Sequence record: LC765218.1
DNA: 64,000 nucleotides
Reading direction: 5' to 3' (one strand)
The position numbers and the translations under genes were made by a program. Each line of letters opens with the position of its first letter. Position 1 is the stretch's first letter. Shown here one piece after another: positions 1 through 7,488 of the stretch. Under the pieces are notes generated by a model. It was not told where the DNA came from. It did no database searches and saw nothing but the letters and a program-made list of their open reading frames with translations.

Positions 1-2
1 CC

Positions 3-1031
3 ATGATCATTAATGCAAGTCTGAACCGCGCTATGTTTTCCACTCAGACCAACGAAGCTGCCGAGCTGCTTCTGTTGTCTTATCTGCGTACCTCACCCGA
101 TGCGGCAGCAACCGAGGATAATGCTACCAAACGTATCCTGGCAGCCAAAGATAATTTGGTTGCATTGTGGAAGAACGGCTGCCGTTTTGTGATCGACGAT
201 GACCATCGTTGGATCATCTCTGAATTTGGAAATGCCATTCGTATTGCATATCAGGGACGTATCCGTGGTAGCTGGACTACCTTTGGTATTAACCTTGTGG
301 ACATCAATAACGGTGAAGCTGTTCTGAACGTTATTCGTGCCCGGCTTCGTACTGGTTACCCGGCGGATGAACTGCAACCTGGTTCTAATATCAAAGGGCA
401 TCTGTATGAAGACTACAAGGTGAATGGAAGTGGGATGTGGGCCGTAGGTCGAATCATTCTCGGCTTGCAGCCCAATGGGGTATTCCTCTGGGCTACTCTC
501 GAACGTCTCTATGAGGTGGCTAAATATCACAAGCTGTACGCCGATATCGTTGATGACTTCGGGATCAATCACGACCGTGATTACCTGAACAACATCGTCG
601 ATGGGAAATGGGTAGTGAATGAAGCTAACGCTAAGGCAGTGCTGAATAGCTACTTCGTATCGATGCTGAAGTTTTTCTATGAACGTGGGTTCTACTACCA
701 AGACACCATCGATGGCGGGCGCATCGATATTCGTTCCAACGTAGGTTCCTACCACTTCGATGGAAAGAATGCGACTGCGCACACGATCAATATTACTTAC
801 CTCAGCGAGAACAGCTACGAAGTTCGTGATAATGAATGGGAATTCTGTTGGGATTGCAACAACACCGAATACTTCCCTCTGGAAGCTCCTGTTGAAGCAC
901 TGACTGCATTCCAAACTCGTGTCGACAAAGAGCATATCTACATGGCGACTGGTCGTGGTTATAAGCTGGGAGATATCCACAACATCCAGCGTACTAAACG
1001 TGAACCTACCGAGTGGGAACAAGGGAAGTGA
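3..1031 (+). CDS. Hypothetical protein (342 aa; true start may lie upstream of the window)
   Basis: Long ORF with phage-like codon usage; its TGA overlaps the GTG start of the next gene; no recognisable motif. Confidence 0.85.
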   Translation: MIINASLNRAMFSTQTNEAAELLLLSYLRTSPDAAATEDNATKRILAAKDNLVALWKNGCRFVIDDDHRWIISEFGNAIRIAYQGRIRGSWTTFGINLVDINNGEAVLNVIRARLRTGYPADELQPGSNIKGHLYEDYKVNGSGMWAVGRIILGLQPNGVFLWATLERLYEVAKYHKLYADIVDDFGINHDRDYLNNIVDGKWVVNEANAKAVLNSYFVSMLKFFYERGFYYQDTIDGGRIDIRSNVGSYHFDGKNATAHTINITYLSENSYEVRDNEWEFCWDCNNTEYFPLEAPVEALTAFQTRVDKEHIYMATGRGYKLGDIHNIQRTKREPTEWEQGK

Positions 1032-1318
1032 TTAACATTAATCACGATCTACCTATCTGGGTATTACTACTATTAAGTACAGCCACATCATTCATCTACG
1101 CTTTTGTAAAAACCTTTCAGCAAAGAAACATCTTTCATGGTTATAAAAAGGCTGCTTTCTTCACCTCGTGGGGTATCAGTACCCTTGAGTTGACCACCAT
1201 TGGTCTATTTGTGATAGTGGGTCTTCCCGCTATTATATCTAGTGGTCTAGGTGGTTCCATAGGTGTCGTGTTGGCAATGACATTTCATGATAAGATTTTT
1301 CGTAAATTAACAAAATAG
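1028..1318 (+). CDS. Small multi-pass membrane protein (about 3 TM; loosely UPF0316/DUF5698-like)
   Basis: GTG at 1028 coupled to the upstream TGA (GTGA); hydrophobic segments IWVLLLLSTATSFIYAFV, TIGLFVIVGLPAII and GLGGSIGVVLAMTF. Confidence 0.75.
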   Translation: MININHDLPIWVLLLLSTATSFIYAFVKTFQQRNIFHGYKKAAFFTSWGISTLELTTIGLFVIVGLPAIISSGLGGSIGVVLAMTFHDKIFRKLTK

Positions 1319-1326
1319 GAAAAACA

Positions 1327-1665
1327 ATGTCTCGTAAACTCGGAAAGAAACATCCTCGCAATCGTTACGAAGATGCTAAGGCATATGAACACAAGTTGCG
1401 CACTGAGAAAGCCCAACTGGCGAACTGCCGACTGGGGCAATTGTATTCGGTTCGTATCCTGAACGACAACTGCTTCTTGCGTGATCGCCTCATGTGCCAG
1501 GAACAGGATATGTTCGATCCTCATCGCCTGACCCGTGCTAAACGGGAACGTTATCTCAAAGGTGAGCGCTATTGGCTCAATGCTGGATCGGGTAAATTCA
1601 TTCGTTCTGGCTATGAAAAGAACTGGGCTAAAAATAAACGTAAGGAGATGGCAAATGAGCAGTAG
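1327..1665 (+). CDS. Basic hypothetical protein (112 aa)
   Basis: RBS AGGA before ATG; Arg/Lys-rich; in operon. Confidence 0.8.
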   Translation: MSRKLGKKHPRNRYEDAKAYEHKLRTEKAQLANCRLGQLYSVRILNDNCFLRDRLMCQEQDMFDPHRLTRAKRERYLKGERYWLNAGSGKFIRSGYEKNWAKNKRKEMANEQ

Positions 1666-1939
1666 TTATAACCCACCGGTGGACACTGTTGATGTCCTCC
1701 ATATCGACTGCGAGTACGAAACGTTCTCGTTCGGTAAGTTGTTTCAACGTATGGTCGATCACTTCGGCAGCGATATCAAGCTGGATGATTTCGAAATCGA
1801 AGCAACCAAGATCAAAGTACGTGGTTGCAGCTGTTGTTTGGATCTGGATGACTACACGGATTATATTCGTGTAACTCGTCTTACCCAACCCGCCGCCGAT
1901 ACCGAGACCCTATCGATCGAAGGTCTTATTGTCGGTTGA
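1655..1939 (+). CDS. Hypothetical protein (94 aa, MSSSYNPP...)
   Basis: ATG at 1655 after AAGGAG, overlapping the end of the previous gene; the track's start at 1535 is probably too early. Confidence 0.75.
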   Translation: MSSSYNPPVDTVDVLHIDCEYETFSFGKLFQRMVDHFGSDIKLDDFEIEATKIKVRGCSCCLDLDDYTDYIRVTRLTQPAADTETLSIEGLIVG

Positions 1940-1975
1940 CGGCATAAAGCCCCTACCGGAAGGTAGGGGCTAAAT
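1939..1975 (+). terminator. CATA-arm hairpin element (terminator-like)
   Basis: ACGGCATAAA-GCCCCTACC-GGAA-GGTAGGGGC-TAAAT directly at the stop codon. Confidence 0.8.
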
Positions 1976-2099
1976 CCCATTTCTTTTCGCCAAAGAGTTC
2001 GTCTCGGGCATTGCGCGTTTTGGGCACTAACCCAGCAGTAGGAATAAGAAGTAACGCGTAATCTCCTTACATACTATCAGCCAATAGGTATTATTTCAC

Positions 2100-2654
2100 A
2101 TGGACAAAAAACTGAAAGAATTCCAAACAGTGACTCCGGGTGTAGATCGTTTCGTTTATTACGAGAAAACTGACACCTGGCTCCCCAAAGATACTCGCCC
2201 AATGGACTGTTTCCGCAATAAGAAAGCAATAGAGGCATTCGATAAAGCCAACGAAGAAATTCAAGAACGTTGGTTCTATTGGTGCATCGCATGGGAGAAA
2301 GCTTCTGTTCGCCCTACAATGGAAACCGAACTCTGGAAGAACCCGTTCATCTCTGTTGAAGAACGACTGGAGATTGCAGAAGGCGCCATCGCGTTCCGTA
2401 ACGAGGTCATCAGAAATCTCCAGGGGCGTTTAGTTTCGCCAACGATTACCGAGTTCAAACTTAACGACGAAATGGTGGAAGCTATCTTGGATAGCAGTTA
2501 CACTGTAAAAGATTTCGATCGGAACTCGGAAACGGGCGAAGTAGAGCTTCAGTATCAGATTTCCAATAACTTCCACAATCGCGAGTTGGCACGTGATACT
2601 GTTCACCGTATCATCAATGCCCTCAAACAACTTACCCCGGTGCAACAGCAATGA
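2100..2654 (+). CDS. Hypothetical protein (184 aa)
   Basis: Long ORF with typical codon usage; ATGA overlap with the next gene. Confidence 0.85.
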   Translation: MDKKLKEFQTVTPGVDRFVYYEKTDTWLPKDTRPMDCFRNKKAIEAFDKANEEIQERWFYWCIAWEKASVRPTMETELWKNPFISVEERLEIAEGAIAFRNEVIRNLQGRLVSPTITEFKLNDEMVEAILDSSYTVKDFDRNSETGEVELQYQISNNFHNRELARDTVHRIINALKQLTPVQQQ

Positions 2655-2860
2655 TCTATCTTGGTTGGTTCACCATCATCTTCGTGGTGATGGGTCTTGG
2701 TTTATTCGGTGCTTTCTGTCATCGAATAGTTAATTCCACTAATCCTGGATTGGAAGAGAAGCGTACTACAATGAATACCGCTATCTGGACAGGTATTCTT
2801 CTAGTGCTCGCTTATCTCAATGAAATCAGTCGAGTCTTTATTGTAGGAGTAGTTACATGA
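2651..2860 (+). CDS. Small 2-TM membrane protein (69 aa)
   Basis: Two hydrophobic helices; ATGA overlaps at both ends. Confidence 0.75.
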   Translation: MIYLGWFTIIFVVMGLGLFGAFCHRIVNSTNPGLEEKRTTMNTAIWTGILLVLAYLNEISRVFIVGVVT

Positions 2861-3099
2861 CATTACAAGAGCTGCGTGAACTTCTTTATAAAGAAGCTGG
2901 TATGGAATCAATCCATGCTAAAATTAAGCAACGGGCGCTCGCTGGTGATTCAGAGGTAAACTTCGATTACAGCAACGAGAACACGCCAGTTGAAGGGAAG
3001 ATGAATAATCGTCAAGCGGAAATCCTCCGTAAAGACGGTTACATTGTTGAATACAATAGTGCCTGTCTCTGGTACGAAGTAAAAGGATGGGATGAATAA
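2857..3099 (+). CDS. Hypothetical protein (80 aa)
   Basis: RBS AGGAG; translational coupling at both ends. Confidence 0.8.
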   Translation: MTLQELRELLYKEAGMESIHAKIKQRALAGDSEVNFDYSNENTPVEGKMNNRQAEILRKDGYIVEYNSACLWYEVKGWDE

Positions 3100-3365
3100 T
3101 GGGACTCCGTTACATGGGTTATTCCGTTAAAGCAACTGTGACTGACCGTGAAGGCGAGTCGCATATCTTTGACGGCTTTGCCAAGCCTGGCGAGGGTAAT
3201 TCGGTTTATCCCGGAGCTAATGGAGAAGGTGATAAGCGTCTTGCAGCTCGCCGCGCACTGGAAGCCTTCATGGATAGTCCAGTCTTCGAGGAACTAACAT
3301 CAGATATGTACGATACGTTCGATGTTCGTTTCAATTCTCTTGTGCACACTGGAATGCCGGAGTAA
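3099..3365 (+). CDS. Hypothetical protein (88 aa)
   Basis: TAATG overlap with the previous gene. Confidence 0.8.
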   Translation: MGLRYMGYSVKATVTDREGESHIFDGFAKPGEGNSVYPGANGEGDKRLAARRALEAFMDSPVFEELTSDMYDTFDVRFNSLVHTGMPE

Positions 3366-3370
3366 TAAAA

Positions 3371-3808
3371 ATGTCGATGTATACCAAAGACAACGCTGAA
3401 CTTTACACCCACAAAGAAGATGGTGGTATTTACTACTACCATGGCTTGGCTCATGGTACCGGTGATCAACGTGGAGAACTGTTGCACATCTACAGTGATT
3501 ACTTCACTGACATGATGTACTACCGTAACCACACCTGGTCTACTCGGATGGAACGCGTTTCTGCTCCAGGGCTTCGTCTGAGTCGTTCCTTGCATCCACG
3601 TCTGTGGATCACCACTCTGATCGGTTTGATGATCATTATCATTACTCAGGTTGTTTTCGGCACCGAGTTCAATGCAATCACTCCCCAAGAGATTGTCGGT
3701 ACAGCCGTCGCTGGTGTACTGGCACTGGGTCTTCCGAGTTTCATCCTGCACCAACTGTACAAGTGGAAGTACAAGAAACCTGTTAAACAGAAGTCCGAAG
3801 CGGCATAA
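3371..3808 (+). CDS. Membrane protein: DUF1653-like N-terminal domain plus 2 C-terminal TM helices
   Basis: YTHKEDGGIYYYHGLAH...YYR pattern resembles DUF1653 (from memory); LWITTLIGLMIIIIT and IVGTAVAGVLALGLP are hydrophobic. Confidence 0.7.
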   Translation: MSMYTKDNAELYTHKEDGGIYYYHGLAHGTGDQRGELLHIYSDYFTDMMYYRNHTWSTRMERVSAPGLRLSRSLHPRLWITTLIGLMIIIITQVVFGTEFNAITPQEIVGTAVAGVLALGLPSFILHQLYKWKYKKPVKQKSEAA

Positions 3809-3846
3809 AAGGAAATCCCCATTGGCCGCTAAACCAATGGGGTTCC
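3800..3846 (+). terminator. CATA-arm hairpin element
   Basis: GCGGCATAAAA-GGAAAT-CCCCATTGG-loop-CCAATGGGG-TTCC overlapping the stop codon. Confidence 0.75.
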
Positions 3847-3849
3847 AAA

Positions 3850-3953
3850 CAGTGCATTCGCGACTACACTGTCAGCAGGTGTCGTCCAAGAGAACTGCGG
3901 ATTAGCTACTTACCCCTCGTGGGCATTTTCGCTAGCAGTATTATAACAACACC
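3850..3953 (+). ncRNA. Candidate structured non-coding RNA
   Basis: Nested complementary segments (CAGTG/CACTG; GGTGT/ACACC; ACTGC/GCAGT; TAGC/GCTA; CCC-TCGT-GGG) in a gap with no convincing ORF, bracketed by two hairpin elements; strand assumed. Confidence 0.3.
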
Positions 3954-3970
3954 GTACGTTCTGAAAAGAT

Positions 3971-4007
3971 TAGCCCTCCTGTGCAACCAGGAGGGCTATA
4001 TGTCGTC
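3971..4007. terminator. TATG-arm hairpin element
   Basis: TAGCCCTCCTG-TGCAAC-CAGGAGGGCTA-TATGTCGTC. Confidence 0.75.
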
Positions 4008-4061
4008 AAGTTTAAGCTTGACTTTTTGCCCAAATGGGCCCACTTGCAGAGGAGACTCCTA

Positions 4062-4328
4062 ATGGAAGTCTTTGAAACAAGTTCCAGACCAGATCCCCAC
4101 CACGGGTACTTGACTGGTCTAGAGGTAACAGCATTCAATGGTAAGCCGATCGTCTATGGGCGAAATGAGCAAATCAAAGTTGCTGTATACGATGGTAAGA
4201 TGTTCCTTGGTTACATTGGCAATGGTCAGCTTGTAAGCAAGCTTTCCGATGCTAAATGGATTAACGGATCATCGAACTATCATATCAAGTCTAACTCCAG
4301 TAATCTTTTGTTTACTAGAGCAGCTTAA
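4062..4328 (+). CDS. Hypothetical protein (88 aa, MEVFETSS...)
   Basis: RBS GAGGAG upstream of ATG 4062, in frame with the track ORF 3981..4328. Confidence 0.7.
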   Translation: MEVFETSSRPDPHHGYLTGLEVTAFNGKPIVYGRNEQIKVAVYDGKMFLGYIGNGQLVSKLSDAKWINGSSNYHIKSNSSNLLFTRAA

Positions 4329-4336
4329 CCTCAATT

Positions 4337-4380
4337 GCCCTCTTCCTTGTGGAGAGGGCTTTACTTAGTTTATTTTTTTT
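4337..4380 (+). terminator. Rho-independent terminator
   Basis: GCCCTCTTCC-TTGT-GGAGAGGGC followed by a T-rich tract. Confidence 0.75.
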
Positions 4381-4710
4381 GTTGATTTAGAAGTTTTACT
4401 TGGGTGTTTAATGAATCTGTAGAACGAGGAAAAGGTACCTCCGGAGGAGGGGGGTTTTATTTAGTAATAAACAATACCGAAGGTATTTCCTTATTCTAAT
4501 TATAAACTTCTTTAATCTTTATTCCTGCTTTTACCCGAAGGGGATCTAACGGAGGCGATGCCCAAACATCGCCATACCAAATGAATTAAGCTTTAAAAAC
4601 AACACAGTCGCCTTGCCTCTCAGGAGCCTCTACACGACATTTCTAATATTAAGTGTCACCATGTTAGGCTTTATCTCTAATATCTCTATAAACGCGTTGT
4701 AGAGCCTTTT

Positions 4711-4744
4711 ACGGCATAAAGCTCCCCGAAGGGAGCAGTATGTT
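4711..4744. terminator. CATA/TATG-arm hairpin element ending the minus-strand dnaB unit
   Basis: ACGGCATAAA-GCTCCC-CGAA-GGGAGC-AGTATGTT. Confidence 0.75.
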
Positions 4745-5144
4745 AGGTCTTACGTTCTTCGAGATAGTTAGTCAACATCGCCTGGCCTTCCTGGCATGGA
4801 TCTGTATCAAAGAAATATTTAGAGTAGTTAGATACATCTACTGATATAAAATCACCATCTGGGCAAGGTGCAGCTTTCTGGAGAATGTCGATATGCAGAT
4901 GATGACTAAAGAACAGAGATGCTCTATACCTCTCTCCTTTCTCCATGATCTCGTTGGCCGACATGGTGAGGAAGTCTACATCCATTCCTTCTAATGCATT
5001 GATAAACAGTTTTGCTATCTCAAAGCGGACCTTATAAAGATTTTGGGATGCCACATGTACCAGAACAGAAGTACCGTGACGTTGTTGTAGATTGAAACGA
5101 AGGTAACCTTTTAGGTTATCGATAAGTGCGTCAATACAACTCAT
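4743..5144 (-). CDS. Hypothetical protein (133 aa)
   Basis: ORF downstream of dnaB on the same strand, flanked by hairpin elements. Confidence 0.75.
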   Translation of the reverse strand: MSCIDALIDNLKGYLRFNLQQRHGTSVLVHVASQNLYKVRFEIAKLFINALEGMDVDFLTMSANEIMEKGERYRASLFFSHHLHIDILQKAAPCPDGDFISVDVSNYSKYFFDTDPCQEGQAMLTNYLEERKT

Positions 5145-5168
5145 GATATTTACTCTTGTGAATTTGTG

Positions 5169-5206
5169 AATAAAGCCTTCCCCGAAGGGAAGGCATTTAT
5201 GTCGTT
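5169..5206. terminator. TATG-arm hairpin element after dnaB
   Basis: AATAAA-GCCTTCCC-CGAA-GGGAAGGC-ATTTATGTCGTT. Confidence 0.75.
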
Positions 5207-6743
5207 AGATAGACCATGCGTCAGAATCGAGATCGCCGCCAATTACAGACCCAGGAACAACTTTCAGAGAATAATCTTCCTCTTTATCAATGTCCCATGG
5301 AATCGTACCGATATTACTAAATGGTAGAAGAACATATTGGTCTTCTTCTGCCGTTACAGTGTTACGGTGTTTACCACGTTGAATAGCGAGATACGCTTTT
5401 CCTTTATGGCGGATGATGTGGTGGAACAGCTCAAGGTCAGGTTCCTGACCCAGACGACGACAACCATCGTAATAACCTTTGTTCGCTACTACCTTAACGA
5501 AGTCCTCGGTATTTTCACGCATCAGTTGCAGTGCATCAGAACCAAGCTGATGAGGGCTGATGAAAGTGATACCACGAGGAGTAGTGTAGTTACGCATGCG
5601 ACGGAATAGAAGACGAATATCGTCACCTGCTACTTTAGCATCAAGTCCTGTCTTAGGTAGCATGTTCAGATAGTCAACTACCAGGAATTGAATCTCGTAT
5701 CCCTGTCCCTGAAGACCATCTAGATAGTTAGTGAAACCACCAATTGTAAATTCAGTGGGGTCGAACCGAACCATCTTAACTTTAAAGCCATTCTCTTCAA
5801 GGCGTGCGCAAACATAAGCAGCAGCTTCACGTTTATCGATATCTTTGACAATGACTTCTTCACCCGTTTCGTTTTCACGGATGTATTTGTAAATAGTCAG
5901 AAGGTTATCAGAGATTTCGTTTTCAAGGGTTGCAAATAGAAGAAGAGGCTTCTTCGATTTATCACGCATCCATGGCTTATTAAACAATGCGACATGTACA
6001 AACAGTAACATAACCAGATACGATTTAAAGTTATGTTGTAGAGCTGCGGTGGTAATAAACTCACCACGACGGAAAGCACCTAGGCTACCCAATACACGGT
6101 TGAAACCTTTCCAACCTAGTTTGAAAGCACCATCGGCAGACAAAGTAGTTTGTACAGCTTCGAAGAATTCTTCTACACCTTCCGGGTTGTCAAAATCAAG
6201 GCAACCCATTTCAGCGGGATGTCGACTTTCAGCACGAGCCTTTACATAAGGATCGAGCTTAGCTCCCATCTCGTTGATCATACCAGCGATATCATTACCG
6301 CCACCACGGTTAAACAGAAGCTTAGTGGAATACTCTTTCATGATCGCTTTAATAGTTTCATCATTGATGTATTCATTAAGCGAACGACGATAAGAGTTAA
6401 TCCGGTGCATGATAGCCATCCCATCTGGGAAGTTTTCATTAACACCATTTAGTACAGCTTCGTAAAGATAGTTCTCTTCACGGCAGCTCACTTGCACAGA
6501 TTGTAGTACTTCAGCGATACTTGGAAATTCGTGCTTAACTTTCTTATTGAGATCTTGAACAAGTTTACGAAGCTCAAGAAAAGTTTGTCGACCATGATCA
6601 TGATCAACAGTAGTCTCTTTAATTTCAAGTGAACCAACAATTTTATCAATTAGTTCAGTAGACGGAGAGGCCGGAGAATCTGGGCGGTGCTCCAAGCAAA
6701 GCAGGGTAACGCAACTGACAAGAAGCTGTTTTGGGGAGGACAT
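5205..6743 (-). CDS. dnaB: Replicative DnaB-like helicase (phiKZ gp118-like)
   Basis: RecA-fold motifs: variant Walker A (TAALQHNFKS), Walker B LVVDYLNML, ISPHQL, IQRGKHR arginine finger; sits upstream of the capsid gene as in phiKZ. Confidence 0.9.
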   Translation of the reverse strand: MSSPKQLLVSCVTLLCLEHRPDSPASPSTELIDKIVGSLEIKETTVDHDHGRQTFLELRKLVQDLNKKVKHEFPSIAEVLQSVQVSCREENYLYEAVLNGVNENFPDGMAIMHRINSYRRSLNEYINDETIKAIMKEYSTKLLFNRGGGNDIAGMINEMGAKLDPYVKARAESRHPAEMGCLDFDNPEGVEEFFEAVQTTLSADGAFKLGWKGFNRVLGSLGAFRRGEFITTAALQHNFKSYLVMLLFVHVALFNKPWMRDKSKKPLLLFATLENEISDNLLTIYKYIRENETGEEVIVKDIDKREAAAYVCARLEENGFKVKMVRFDPTEFTIGGFTNYLDGLQGQGYEIQFLVVDYLNMLPKTGLDAKVAGDDIRLLFRRMRNYTTPRGITFISPHQLGSDALQLMRENTEDFVKVVANKGYYDGCRRLGQEPDLELFHHIIRHKGKAYLAIQRGKHRNTVTAEEDQYVLLPFSNIGTIPWDIDKEEDYSLKVVPGSVIGGDLDSDAWSI

Positions 6744-6833
6744 TTGAACCGCATCCTTTTAGTAAAATTAAAATGATGTACCGTGTATCATTTTTATCTT
6801 AAGTAATTTGTCACCAATTTAAGTATATATTCC

Positions 6834-6837
6834 TATG
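6834..6837 (+). promoter_or_regulatory. Putative late promoter core TATG (equivalent position to phiKZ P119L)
   Basis: TATG in an AT-rich divergent gap 44 nt before the gp119-like/capsid operon; TATG is the known nvRNAP late motif. Confidence 0.55.
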
Positions 6838-6880
6838 TAGACACTTAATAGCCTTGGTCCCACAATAGGTCAATACCCCG

Positions 6881-7417
6881 ATGATCAAGTTACTTGTAAT
6901 CCCCGAAGCAGTCTATGATCAGTACAAAGCTGATGGTGTGCAGTTTACTAAGCTACTCTGCCCCAACTATATAGCTTCCGTAAGCTCGGTAAATGACCTT
7001 GCGGAGATCGACGCTGCAATTAATGAATTCCCATTCCGGTTCTGTCAGGGAACTCAGATCGAGAAGGCTGACAGTCCGGTTGTTGGGATCGCCCTAAAGG
7101 CAACCTCCGACGACGATAATCAATTCAAGATGCAAGAATTGCACAATCGTGTAGAGGAACGTATTGCCAATATGGCTCTGCGTAAGGCAAATGATTCTGA
7201 TTATATCAGTGTTTATAGCCTTTATCCTGTAGATGAGTATCTTTGGGTTGCGGTGCAGAAGAGTCTGCACACTGGTTCAAGCGATCCTGACCGGCTCACA
7301 ATTAAGGCTAACCACACTTTCTTTGATAGTATGATTAGCGAGCTGACTAGAGCTTGCCCATTTGAGCAAGTAATGGCAACAAATCTCTTCACTTATTATC
7401 TGGAGTCACAAGGCTGA
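6881..7417 (+). CDS. Virion head-associated protein (phiKZ gp119-like)
   Basis: 178-aa ORF between dnaB and the capsid gene; assigned by synteny. Confidence 0.7.
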   Translation: MIKLLVIPEAVYDQYKADGVQFTKLLCPNYIASVSSVNDLAEIDAAINEFPFRFCQGTQIEKADSPVVGIALKATSDDDNQFKMQELHNRVEERIANMALRKANDSDYISVYSLYPVDEYLWVAVQKSLHTGSSDPDRLTIKANHTFFDSMISELTRACPFEQVMATNLFTYYLESQG

Positions 7418-7488
7418 ATCCGGAAAATACCAGCTTTGATGACAAGATATTTGTAACATCCAAAACCCATCCTGCGTAGGAATAAAAC

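Noticed and set aside
3850-3953. Possible tRNA
   Set aside because: No T-loop GTTCRA, no D-loop consensus and no CCA/acceptor geometry; kept only as a generic ncRNA candidate
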